From NCBI RefSeq assembly GCF_001194135.2, contig NC_068985.1, forward strand, positions 31,512,761 through 31,576,760: a stretch of DNA of 64,000 nucleotides. The letters are read 5' to 3'. How positions within the stretch are numbered: the first letter of the stretch is position 1; the number at the start of each line of letters is the position of its first letter. Made by a program: the position numbers and the translations under genes. Of this stretch, positions 1 through 11,399 are shown piece by piece. The stretch is from Octopus bimaculoides. Lineage: Eukaryota. The notes under the pieces are model-generated. The model searched no databases, was not told where the DNA came from, and saw nothing but the letters and a program-made list of their open reading frames with translations.

Positions 1-92
1 TCACATATAGAAAAATTTAATAAGAAAATACACTAAAAAGAACTATAATAAAATACAAAGTAATAATTATTAAAATAATAAAACGACAAAAG

Positions 93-400
93 TACTTGTT
101 TTACCAATAAATAAAAGAAAAATATTTAACGATATTATTAAAAATAAAAGCAATACTTATCTTATCGAAGCTTTAGTTTAAACTAAAATTTAAACGTTAT
201 ACTATTAATTTAGCGTTTATTAGAATATCAGCTAACAATATATAACAAATGAATTTCTATAAAAATACTTATTTTACCAATAAATAAAAGACAAACATTT
301 AACAATATTATTGAAAATAAATGCTATACTTATCTCATTGAAGCTTTAGTTTAAACTAAAATTTTAAACGTTATACTATTAACTTAGCGTTTATTAGAAT
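93..400. repeat. Two-copy tandem repeat, period about 173 bp (93-226 and 266-400), in very AT-rich DNA
   Basis: About 135 bp aligns between the copies (tactt.ttttaccaataaataaaaga...gaagctttagtttaaactaaaattt(t)aaacgttatactattaa.ttagcgtttattagaat). Confidence 0.9.
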
Positions 401-807
401 GAAGTCACGTGAAAATATGGTGTAAAGAAAAGGAATAGAATAAAGAGATATATAAACATGAATGAAAGTTTTATTTATAAAATCACGAATGAAAATTTAA
501 ATTATAAAATCAAAATGTATTATAACTTAAATCATAATAAAAAAATTAACTGTATTGTAAACATTTTATGGAAATTTAAAATCTAAGTAATTTTAGAGTC
601 TAAAGAATAAGACTAAAATACATAAATTATATAATATATATCAAAGAAGCTAAAATACTATAAATAAATTAATAAATTTAAATAATTATATTATTTATTT
701 AATAAAAATCATAGTGTCATTTAAATATTAATTCATAAAATTCACTAAAAATATTTTCTTACTAATTAATACTAACAAATTATAACTACTACAATTAGTA
801 AAATAGG

Positions 808-1662
808 NNNNNNNNNNNNNNNNNNNNNNNNNNNNNNNNNNNNNNNNNNNNNNNNNNNNNNNNNNNNNNNNNNNNNNNNNNNNNNNNNNNNNNNNNNNNN
901 NNNNNNNNNNNNNNNNNNNNNNNNNNNNNNNNNNNNNNNNNNNNNNNNNNNNNNNNNNNNNNNNNNNNNNNNNNNNNNNNNNNNNNNNNNNNNNNNNNNN
1001 NNNNNNNNNNNNNNNNNNNNNNNNNNNNNNNNNNNNNNNNNNNNNNNNNNNNNNNNNNNNNNNNNNNNNNNNNNNNNNNNNNNNNNNNNNNNNNNNNNNN
1101 NNNNNNNNNNNNNNNNNNNNNNNNNNNNNNNNNNNNNNNNNNNNNNNNNNNNNNNNNNNNNNNNNNNNNNNNNNNNNNNNNNNNNNNNNNNNNNNNNNNN
1201 NNNNNNNNNNNNNNNNNNNNNNNNNNNNNNNNNNNNNNNNNNNNNNNNNNNNNNNNNNNNNNNNNNNNNNNNNNNNNNNNNNNNNNNNNNNNNNNNNNNN
1301 NNNNNNNNNNNNNNNNNNNNNNNNNNNNNNNNNNNNNNNNNNNNNNNNNNNNNNNNNNNNNNNNNNNNNNNNNNNNNNNNNNNNNNNNNNNNNNNNNNNN
1401 NNNNNNNNNNNNNNNNNNNNNNNNNNNNNNNNNNNNNNNNNNNNNNNNNNNNNNNNNNNNNNNNNNNNNNNNNNNNNNNNNNNNNNNNNNNNNNNNNNNN
1501 NNNNNNNNNNNNNNNNNNNNNNNNNNNNNNNNNNNNNNNNNNNNNNNNNNNNNNNNNNNNNNNNNNNNNNNNNNNNNNNNNNNNNNNNNNNNNNNNNNNN
1601 NNNNNNNNNNNNNNNNNNNNNNNNNNNNNNNNNNNNNNNNNNNNNNNNNNNNNNNNNNNNNN
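808..1662. other. Assembly gap (others at 7855-7910, 19448-19457, 34108-34337, 44585-44594, 47660-47669, 62497-62694)
   Basis: Runs of N, mostly next to microsatellites. Confidence 1.
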
Positions 1663-1739
<77 letters not shown>

Positions 1740-1780
1740 CACACATACATACACATGCACATATACATATATATATATAA
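1663..1780. repeat. (AC)n/(AT)n microsatellite. Similar arrays at 2545-2580, 2846-2881, 4863-5050, 19410-19500, 20100-20170, 23587-23680, 33235-33465, 44693-44766 (TAA)n, 47438-47497, 59218-59300, 61757-61802, 62218-62283
   Basis: Seen directly. Confidence 0.98.
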
Positions 1781-1782
1781 AG

Positions 1783-2541
1783 TTACCTAAACTTATAATA
1801 TAAAAAATGTAATTTATGTCTACATTTAATTTTACATTCATCAAGAGAGTTAATCAAAGTATTATTATTATTTAATAATATCTCCTTAAACTCATTAGTA
1901 CACAACTTACAAAAATTATTACCTATACAATAAGATTTCGCCTTACAAACTATCTCCCAATGTAAAATGTGCTTAATATTTTTAGATTTAAGTTCCCAAA
2001 TATATTTACTAAGGCCAGTAGAATTAATCAAATTTCTATTCTTAAAGGAATGCATGTGTTGAGCCACATATACTTTAATTTTATTTGAAGTCGATCCTAT
2101 GTAAAACTTATTTAAATTATAACCATTAAAGTCACTATACATTTATACACGACATCCTTCAAATTACATTTATTATTAAATTTACATTTAGTCTTATCTC
2201 TACATGTATAACTAATTATATCCTGGTCCTTATTATTATTATTATTAGAATAAGTATTTAATTTATACTTGTAATACTTATTTAACTTAAATCTATTAAA
2301 AGAAGAAATAATGTTAGCAACATTATTAGTAGTAGAATAACCTACACCCAAATTATTACTAGAAAAGATATTATAATATTTTTTATTATCTCTAAGGAAT
2401 ATATCAATTACATTTAAAATCTCTTTAATAATGTTAGTTTTAACTTGAATGCCGTAAGGACTGATTAGCCAATGTTTGTTCTTATTATAGATATTATTAT
2501 AATTATTATCTGTAAATTTGGATTTTTATCCCTAATATTAT

Positions 2542-2545
<4 letters not shown>
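1783..2545 (-). mobile_element. Penelope-like retroelement, C-terminal part: RT thumb/linker, Cys-rich linker, GIY-YIG endonuclease; one frameshift
   Basis: Minus strand reads HWLISPYGIQVKTNIIKEILNVID...GVGYSTTNNVANIISSFN...CRDKTKCKFNNKCNLKDVVYKCIVT, frameshifts near 2128, then NGYNLNKFYIGSTSN...HMHSF...TGLSKYIWELK...WEIV..AKSY...CKLC..E..EI...NSLDE....CRH. This matches the recalled PLE pattern (WFNPP..VKTN; VYK..YIG; SF..T.LS.YIW.LK; C.LC..EK; CRH). Confidence 0.88.
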
Positions 2546-2580
<35 letters not shown>

Positions 2581-2652
2581 TGATGGCTGTCCACTCATGA
2601 CCAAAGAAGACCATTGCTAACTTTCAGGAATATTGTGTGCTCTGGGACTAAC

Positions 2653-2840
2653 TTATATTTTACATTTGCAGCTCCATTGGTGGCTAATGAGCCCTGCTCT
2701 TGACAAGCATACACGACTGCAAACATTGCAAACCAAGCTTTCCTCATTCATGATACCAGCAGTGCACTTTTGAGCAGTACGTTTAAGTTCTTTATGCAGA
2801 ATAGTGCTCTCTCAAAAGTGTCAACCCCTTCCTTAATTAT
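2653..2840 (-). mobile_element. RTE (BovB-like) LINE extreme 3' coding fragment
   Basis: IIKEGVDTFE (frameshift) ELKRTAQK...LVCNVCSRVCLSRAGLISHQWSCKCKI*, resembling the C-x2-C...LSRxGLxSH C-terminal motif of BovB-type RTEs. Confidence 0.65.
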
Positions 2841-2879
<39 letters not shown>

Positions 2880-2885
<6 letters not shown>

Positions 2886-3170
2886 CCTCGGGCTGACCAA
2901 AGCCTTGTGAGTGGATCTGGTAGACAGAAACTGAAAGAAGCTCATCGTATATATGCATATATTTGTGTGTGTCTGTGTTTGTACCCCCACCATCGCTTGA
3001 CAACTGATGTTGGTGTGTTTATGTCCCAGTAACTTAGCAATTCAGCAAAAGATACTCATAGAATACATACTAGGCTTACAAAAACTGACTCCTGGTGTTG
3101 ATTTGTTTGTCTAAAGGCGGTGCTCCAGGATAGCCACAGTCAAATGATTGAAACAAGTAGAAGAATAGAA
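2880..3170 (+). mobile_element. tRNA-derived SINE family A. Other copies: 5320-5460(-), 8184-8345, 23515-23585, 40591-40940, 44195-44420(-), 45567-45660, 47289-47437, 53262-53450, 61366-61760
   Basis: Recurrent sequence: head gcaggcatggctgtgtggttaagaag (A box) ...ggttcagtccc (B box); body ccaaagccttgtgagtggatttggtagacagaaactgaaagaagcc, a microsatellite, then gcttgacaactgatgttggtgtgtttatg, and tail gattgaaacaagtagaaga. Confidence 0.8.
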
Positions 3171-4863
3171 ACCTATGCCATTTTAATCCCAAGCAACGCC
3201 AAGTATCTCTGCTAGTATGGAATACAAAACCAAAATGATTGGTTTAGCACTATGTTTTTAGAAGGGCTCAATCTAGAAAAATAGTCTCTCTCTTATCTCT
3301 CACATCTTAGTAACTGCAATCTATCATAAAATATCTTGCAAATAATCTTATATCACTTCTCCAACCTTTTTGATAAGCTGAGCAACATGTTCATTGACCT
3401 AAAGTGGATGTTCTTCACTTATTGGATTACTTAACCATTACTCTTTAACAGGAGAAAAAATATCTACTGGGCTAAAAGTTTGATTTAGATTGGCATGCAA
3501 AAGGATGACAGTGTGAATTGGATCAAGGTTTCAAAACAAAACTTCTTGTGGCTGTATTCTCAAGTTGTTACCAAAATTAATGTGCCTTTAGGTGCTGTGT
3601 TATGGAAATGTTGATTAAAAAGATGAAGACAGCCTCAACATTTGAGACCATAGTGAACTTTAAGTAAAACTAACTGAATTTGCTATCAGGGAGCAATTTA
3701 TCATGTTATTTATAAGCAATATATTCAAGTTATTATCTTCCTTCTCTATCAGGTAAAGGTCCTCTGTGTCTCTCTAACTGCATTTCTCCTCTCTTTTCTA
3801 GTTAAGTTTCACTGCATGCAGGCCAAGGTGGGCATTAAATCAAATGGGTGTGTTGTGAAAAATTTGTTATTGCCTTTTTTTTCTTTTGATGACACTTAAA
3901 ACATTTTTGGGCTTCTGAACAAAACAGTTGGCTGTTAAATGAAATGAAAGATTTATACTCCATCAAAATAAGAATTCCTCGTTTTCATTTGATGAAAGTT
4001 AACAGAAATTTATTTTCAAAAATTGTTTCAGTAATTACCATTGTAAAAGTATAAGGGTTAAAAAAATTACAAGGTGATCATTCAAAATGAGAGAGTAATT
4101 GAGAAAATTGGGATTGCACAAAGACTATCACCCAGGACCCAGAGAAATTCTGTAATGCATAAATATTGTGACAAATCCAGTCTTTGTATATTAGTCTAAA
4201 CTGTATAATAATGTTTAAAAAACATTTACAAATATCCAGCAGAATGCTTGAGAAATATTAATTCATTTATGTATTGGCAGAACAACTGATCTTCCTTCCA
4301 AATTAACAAGTCAAAGAAATAACTGTCTAATCACTTGAATATTATCTACCCTCTTCTGTAAATCAGGTGACAGCCATCAAAGCAAGTACTGGATCTTTAA
4401 TTTGTCCATTGTCTGTGATAGAAGAAATCAAAGTCATCTTTGCGAGTTGATTAATGAGCCACTATTTAGCTTAGTAGTTGAACATGTTTTCTTTAAGATC
4501 AGAGACAAAACATGAAAGTGAAGAATTTTTAATGTTAGCTCTACAGAGGTTGAAAAGCTTTAGGCTAATTAGAAGAGTTTATCATATTCAGCTTTCTTCA
4601 GGAGTTAACTGTATCATGATTTTAAAATAGGCAAGCTCCTATGATATGAAAACAAAATAACATTTATAATTTCACCACTTTTATTGAAAATAACTTCTTT
4701 CAAGTTAATATATCTCTCATTCAGCCATTAATATTTTACTCTACTGTATTTTAATATTATTGTTAATCAAGACCTTATGCAATCAAATTGAATTGGTAAA
4801 TAGTGATTTACATGTTGACAAAACATGGAGCATAGGAATAAAAAAATGTATATTTCAACTGAT

Positions 4864-4901
<38 letters not shown>

Positions 4902-4974
4902 GTATGTATGTATGTATATATGTGTGTGTGTGTTTGTGTGTTTGTGTGTGTTTGTGTGTGTGTGTGTGTGTGTT

Positions 4975-5038
<64 letters not shown>

Positions 5039-5539
5039 CACACACATATACAAGTACCCCTCCCCCACCTTATAATTATTTAAGTTACACTTTTTCAATG
5101 TTATGTTACTGCACTGGAAACATCAAAACAATCTTGTAATCTTTTCACCGTTATGATATGCTCCAATAGTACAGATAGAACAGTTAGATAACTTCAACAG
5201 GCACGAAGATGTTGTTGGCATTGCACCTTTTCTCTCTATAAATTCACTACATCACTTTGTGATTTCTTTGATTATGCTTCTCAATTTTTTTTATTTGTGT
5301 TATCTCTTATCTTTTACTCATTTCAGTCATTGGATTGCAGTCAAAGCAGGGCATTGTCTTGAAGGATTTAGTTGAACAAATCAATCTCAGTACTTATTTA
5401 TTTATTTATTTTTTCTTTAGTCTGGCATTTATTCTACCAGTCTCTTTACCAGGGCACTAGTTTCAAATATTTCCCCCCAAAATATATGTAAAAGTGAGAT
5501 TTCTGCTGGTAGCAAAAAAAAAAAAAAAAAAAAAAAAGG

Positions 5540-5887
5540 AAGCAAAATTAATGGTATTGATTCAGCATGGTGGAGGAAAATCAATTCTAATGCTTACACA
5601 AAATTTTAATTTATCCCTAGTCATTACCATTCTCAGGGATGAGAACCATATCTGTGATGCAGTGAAGGCATCTGAATTCTTTAAATCTACTATCAGGCAT
5701 GAAAAATGGATCTATGATGATTGAGGAAATGGAACAAATTCAGTCACATAGATTGAGGACCAAATTCAAAAAAGAAGACTACTCAGTCTTTTAATTATAC
5801 TGACCAGAGCAAAGAGTTTGTTTGAAATGCTGAAGGAATTAATTAATTTGAGGCATACTAAGTTGCATTGAATGAAAGGAAGGTGTG
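5540..5887 (+). mobile_element. Tigger/pogo transposase N-terminal remnant (HTH and CENP-B region)
   Basis: GGGKSILMLTQ...ITILRDENHICDAVKASEFFKST...VT*IEDQIQKRRLLSLLIILTRAKSLFEMLKE, resembling the Tigger motif WIEDQ.QKRIPLS..IQAKAKSLF..LK. Confidence 0.75.
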
Positions 5888-6510
5888 TTGAGGTTATCTA
5901 ACTGTTCTGTTTATATAACCATATCAATTGAAGTATAATATATTTTTAGTCTTAAGCTCCATATTTCGTCAACATGTTAATCACTATTTGTCAATTCATT
6001 CTGATTGCATAAAGTCTTGATAAGCAATATCAAAACACAAAAGAGTAAAATATTAACCACTGAATCAGAACATTGGATTCATGCATTTCTGCATCATTGC
6101 ATATCATCAGGTATGGATATGGAATCATCATTGACAGCCACTAAAAGCTTATTTTTATATTAGGACAACAAACAGTATATTTGCTGAGGTTTACAAAGCT
6201 TTGTCAAGCTGGAATTATTAAATTAAAGGTGTACTATGTAGCATTGAATGAAATATAGGCAAGTACAATCATATTTAACATGTTAATCTACACTCAGACA
6301 TGGAAAGACATATGCTAAGGAAATTGTCTCAAGAGCAAAAATTCTCTTTATAAACAACATACATAAAACACACCACTGGGCTGTGAATGATATACTGGGT
6401 TAGAGGGTGCAGGTATTTCTGTATCAATGCAAATCATCAGCTACAAATATTGAGTCATCATTCATAGCCACTAAGAACTTACTGTTCTTATATTAGAACA
6501 TGTGACTGTA

Positions 6511-6790
6511 CACAACTTTCTTTCATTCAATGCAACTCAGTATGCCTCAAATTAATTAATTCCTTCAGCATTTCAAACAAATTCTTTGTTTTAGTCAGTA
6601 TAGTTAAAAACTGAGTAGTCTTCTGTTTTGAATTTGGTCCTCAATCTATGTGACCAAATTTGTACTATTTCCTCAATCATCACAGATTTGTTTTCCATGA
6701 CTGATAGTTGATTTAAAGAATGCAGATGCCTTCACTGCATCATTAATGTGGTACTTATCCTTAAGTTCTTACCTACAGTAAGTTATGAGT
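6511..6790 (-). mobile_element. Inverted second copy of the Tigger remnant
   Basis: Its reverse complement aligns with 5631-5887 over about 255 bp, with scattered substitutions. Confidence 0.85.
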
Positions 6791-7050
6791 AGAGCAAATG
6801 GGAAGGAGGGATTGATTGTGTGGAGCCTGGAGATTTGGACACAAGGAGTAATAAGAGGAGAAAGGACTAGTGACACTTGAGTTCCTGAGTAGCAGTTGTA
6901 TGAGATCAACAACTTGGAAGAACAGAGGCCATTATAGTACCAGTAGTAAAGGCAGGGAAAGAAGACAGAATGTTGTGAGCCAGAAGCTGGAGTATATCTG
7001 AATGATTTTAAAGTAGCTAGGTAAGCGCCATTTTTCTGATGAAGAACATA
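6790..7050 (-). mobile_element. Decayed CR1/jockey-like LINE 3' fragment; related remnants at about 28750-29480(-) and probably 49110-50030(-)
   Basis: Minus-strand peptides LCLFY*YYNGLCSS and (28.8 kb copy) PCMSSNS..IW and FSELASCIPPP match the recalled C-terminal motif SLFYRYY.G.CSSELAS.IPPP. Confidence 0.5.
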
Positions 7051-7144
7051 GGTAGATGTTTACTGTAACATAAAACAGAGCAAGTCTATGAGGGAATTAT
7101 GATCCAAAAAGGGAATCTGAGCTAACAAGGGCACCCCAATTCAA

Positions 7145-7320
7145 TAAGAAGGTAGCTATGTGGCTGCTAGAAATAACAGCCCTCAAACCATACTGCAGTG
7201 CCTTAAAAAAGGAAGGACATTGAATAATTTAGTCCAAGATATGCACTGTTCCATGGTTTTAAATGTCTTTGGTCATGAGTTTGTTTGATCAGGGTCTATT
7301 TAGGATTAAACAAAAAACAG
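7145..7320 (-). mobile_element. SINE-like repeat family C. Other copies: 17670-17830, 18165-18350(-), 48915-49110, 50035-50245, 54790-54890(-)
   Basis: Recurrent motif gagcagacctatgatcaaaggcattccagccatgaccatcc...ttttaagatgg...gtgatttgagggagatttggctgctatttctag. Confidence 0.65.
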
Positions 7321-7723
7321 CATCAAGTGAATATCAATACTGCAAAGCTCATTAAGTTTATAGAAAATCAAAGAACAAATATATGCAACAGATCAACAAT
7401 CATTTAACTATAGACACAAGGTGTACATGATGAACTTATGAATTTAAGATACTGAGGTGAGAGCAAAATAAAAATTAATCATTTAGAATACAGCCTTTTA
7501 TCATGAGATACTAACTGCATGGCTGTGGTTCACAGCCACATTCCAATGGATTTGAAAGTCTTACCAAGCCATGAGAAGATCATTAATTTCCTAGAAAATC
7601 ACTGCAATATATGAAATAACAAAAAGAAAAGAATTTTCATGGTGGAATGATAATCAAAACAGATATGCACGAAAGGATCATTAAATATATAGAAAATCAT
7701 GAAGAGCACTAAATTGACTAAAA

Positions 7724-7794
7724 TTGTGCGTGTATGCGCGCGCGCGCACGTGTATATGTGTATACACACATAGATATAGATACATAAGTGTATC

Positions 7795-7839
<45 letters not shown>

Positions 7840-7910
7840 CACATACATATATATNNNNNNNNNNNNNNNNNNNNNNNNNNNNNNNNNNNNNNNNNNNNNN
7901 NNNNNNNNNN

Positions 7911-7958
<48 letters not shown>

Positions 7959-8021
7959 CACATACACACACATATATATGCATATACACTCCCACACACA
8001 TTCACAGTATGTACACATGTA

Positions 8022-8065
<44 letters not shown>

Positions 8066-8138
8066 TTCGTGTGCATATCTATCTATCTACCTACTAACCT
8101 ACCTACCTACCTACCTACCTACCTACCTACCTACCTAC

Positions 8139-8179
<41 letters not shown>

Positions 8180-8180
8180 C
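7724..8180. repeat. Compound microsatellite (GC/CT/AT/GT/CTAC/CTAT) containing an N gap
   Basis: Seen directly. Confidence 0.97.
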
Positions 8181-9094
8181 ATGCATAGTTATGGCTGTTT
8201 AGTTAACAAGTTCACTTAAAATATGTGTGATTTAGATTTCAGTCTTATTGGATGGCATTTTAGGCAAATGTCTTCTACATTAGTCCCTACTGAACCAACG
8301 CCTTGTAAGTGAATTTGATAGATGGAAATTGTGTTGAAACCCATTGTAATGAACTTTATAGGTATAAGACAATTTGTTTTAATGAAAAATTTGCTATAAC
8401 ATGATTGCCATTGAATGAAAAAAAAGCATATCTGAAATACAAGCATATGTACACACACATACACACACACACATGCATATAGACATGTGTGTGTATTATG
8501 TGCATTATAAAATATATAAGAAAGAAACTGGCTAAGTTTTGACATTCATTTGTTTCATATTATAACTTGTATTGTATCTTTCCCTACCATCTGTTGCTGT
8601 TAAGTTATCAATACATCCCTCCATATGACCATAATCAACCATCAGTTCCTTAGCTCTCTCTTTCTCTCTCTCTCTTTTTCTCTCTCTCTCTTTTTCTCTC
8701 TCTCTCTATAATACAGAAGCCATTTCTCACCACCTATGTCAGATGCTGTTATCGTACCAAGACCATGCATCAATGACTAAGTAATATTAATATCCTGCCT
8801 GCTTTAATACATGGTGTGCTTGCTTACATTATCTGTCATCACTGAGTTATCACAAGAACAATATGATCCATACTAACCAATGGCAGTTAAGTTGTCTCTG
8901 TAATAAAGAAGCCACCTTTTTTCCCTTCATTCTGCTTCTGAATGTCCCAGATGATGTCCATGAGATTTTAAGTAACATGAGGAGCCAAATCAACTTTTTA
9001 CTAAATGAACACTTCCATTCATTTGTTCACTCACTTGTGTGCATGTGAGTGTGTGTGAGTGTGTGTGAGTTTATGTATGTATGTATGTTTGTAT

Positions 9095-9602
9095 GTATTC
9101 AGTTTTATTCAAAGATTTCTTGCCAATAGGGAATGAACCAGTTTCTAACCCAGAACCTTCATTGGAATTTCAACACCAACAACAGGGTATTTTGTATGTA
9201 TGTATGTATGTATGTATGTATGTATGTATGTATGTATGTATGTATGCATGCATGCATGTATGTATGTATGCATGTATGTATGTAAGTATGTATGTATACG
9301 TGCAGATTTGTATGTTTTGTTTTATGTATGTATTCTCATGCAAATAGTTGCATATCTAGACATACTTATATATACCCTTAATGATAAACTCCTGGAAAGT
9401 TTTACAGATTTTTACAGTTTCAGTGATGGCTTAGATCTGTAGTCTTTGAATCAGCTTTCTCCTTCCTGGTTTTGAGAAGCCTAATTTCTCAAGAATGGTA
9501 TTTAGGCAGTGTATTACATATCCCAGTGCCCCTAAAATTACAGGTATAAACCTGAACTTGTAATCTAGATAGAGTAACTGCAGATTTCTCAATAGTTCAG
9601 TG
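9095..9602 (-). mobile_element. 3' end of a restriction-like-endonuclease non-LTR element (R4/Dong-like), embedded in (TATG)n
   Basis: ELLRNLQLLYLDYKFRFIPVILGALGYV...LEKLGFSKPGRRKLIQRLQI followed by ...TVKICKTF, matching the recalled RLE C-terminal PVI.GALG motif; then a 3'UTR interrupted and flanked by (TACA)n. Confidence 0.7.
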
Positions 9603-10260
9603 TATGTATGTATGTATGTATGTATATGTATATGCATATACACAATATACATGTATATTTAATAATAGTTTGACTCAGTTTCATATGATTTAAGGTTATG
9701 TGGGTGCATAGGATGAACTCATCTCATCAGATACCAGGAGAAGAGTAGAGCTTTGAGACAAATTCAAGATGGCTTCTAAATTTTAAGTCTCTATTGGTTA
9801 CCTCAGGTTATATTGTGTTAATACTGTGGAAGCAACACCAGCTATTTGTAATATTCTTAGGCTCACACTCTCAGACAGGATGTTGGAGTAGTGAAGACTC
9901 TTTACAAGGCAACCTAATGACAGTTAAAATTCATTCAAAACTGAAGAGAATGTTTGAGACATATTATCAAGTCAATAATATTTTTGCTTATATGTTTTGT
10001 GTGATATTACCTCATTATGTATTGCTATTTAGCTACTTGTTGCCAATTATTGCAGTATCACCACTATTTATGACGATACTTGTTTACACTATAACCATGT
10101 AGTAACAATAAAACATATAACGAAGCAGGGTAACAACAACATAACAATCCAACAAACTTTCCATGAACTATACATGAACCAACAAACAATATTTCGACAA
10201 ACTGCCAAAATGACACCTTATGACTTCCTGTGATTAACACCCACTCTCTTCTGTCTCCCA

Positions 10261-11310
10261 GATTGCAAGAAATGAAGCCAGTATGGTCCAATAGATGTGT
10301 AATATCAGTGTGCATACTCAACAGAGTGTAAGTACTTTGAGAGAAAAGTTGGACCTAAGAAGCATTAGTTGTGGTGTGCAAGAGAGACGATTGCGCTGGT
10401 ATGGTCATGTGGCGAGAATGGATGAGGATAGCTGTGTGAAAAAGTGCCACACCCTAGGGAACCTGTGGAAGAGGTAGACCCAGGAAGACCTGGGATGAGG
10501 TGGTGAAGCACGATCTTCGAACATTAGGCCTCACCGAGGCAATGATTAGTGACCGAGACCTTTGGAAATATGCTGTGCGTGAGAAGACCCAGCAAGCCAA
10601 GTGAGACCATAACCCATGGCCTTTGCCAGGGGTGTAGCCAGCCCACTTATGTGTACCTCTCCTTCATTGGACACTAAAACTCTGCTTGCAAAGACCTGTT
10701 GAGGCAAATGAAATCAAAATCAAAATCAAAATCAAAATTGAACCAAACTCAATGACTGGCACCCATGCCAACCTTTCCTTCATTGGACACTAAACTCTGC
10801 TTGCGAAAACCTGTTGGGGCAAGTGAAATCGAAATTGAACCAAATTCGACGACTGCCACCCATGCCAGTAGAGTGCTAACAGCACCATCTGAGTGTGATT
10901 GTTGCCAGAGCAGCTGTCTGGCTTCCATGCCGGTGGCACGTAAATAGCACCATTTGAGCGTGATCATTACCTGCGCTGCCTTACTGGCACTTGTGCTGGT
11001 GGCACAAAAACCATTCGTCCGAGGTCGTTGCCAGTGCCGCTGGATTGGCTCCTGTGCGGGTGGCAAGTAAAAAACACCATTTGAGCGTGGCCATTGCCAG
11101 TACCGCCTGACTGGCCCTCGTGCCAGTGACACGTAAAAGTACCCACTACAGTCTTGGAGTGGTTGGCGTTAGGAAGGGCATCCAGCTGTAGAAACTCTGT
11201 CAGATCAGATTGGAGCCTGGTGCAGCGATCTGGTTTGCCAGTCCTCAGTCAAATCGTCCAACCCATGCTAGCATGGAAAGTGGACGTTAAACAATGATGA
11301 TGATGATGTT
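10261..11310 (+). mobile_element. 5'-truncated RTE LINE: C-terminal ORF, long repetitive 3'UTR, terminal module, (GAT)n tail
   Basis: CNISVHTQQSVSTLREKLDLRSISCGVQERRLRWYGHVARMDEDSCVKKC and GRPRKTWDEVVKHDL; direct duplication at about 10660-10745 / 10777-10860; (GAT)n at 11296-11308. Confidence 0.9.
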
Positions 11311-11399
11311 CATTTTAGTATTTCATCAAAATTATCTGCTTCAAAACTGAGAACAACCTGTCGATATTTCTGAAGAAGAATTAAATGTCTTTGAAGAAC

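Noticed and set aside
168-226. tRNA-like or hammerhead-like look of the 173-bp repeat unit
   Set aside because: The anticodon stem does not pair and the CUGANGA/GAAA cores are absent.
413-807. Frame interrupted only by TAA codons, suggesting a ciliate-type genetic code
   Set aside because: At about 85% AT, TAA is expected to dominate stops; there is no recognisable protein motif.
728-1844. Long ORFs of 324-349 aa, and similar VCVC/YIYI/THTH ORFs throughout the track
   Set aside because: They are translations of N gaps and dinucleotide or tetranucleotide microsatellites.
9130-9170. ccaatgaag...agaaac on the minus strand as a hammerhead
   Set aside because: The core is not CUGANGA and the stems are unconvincing.
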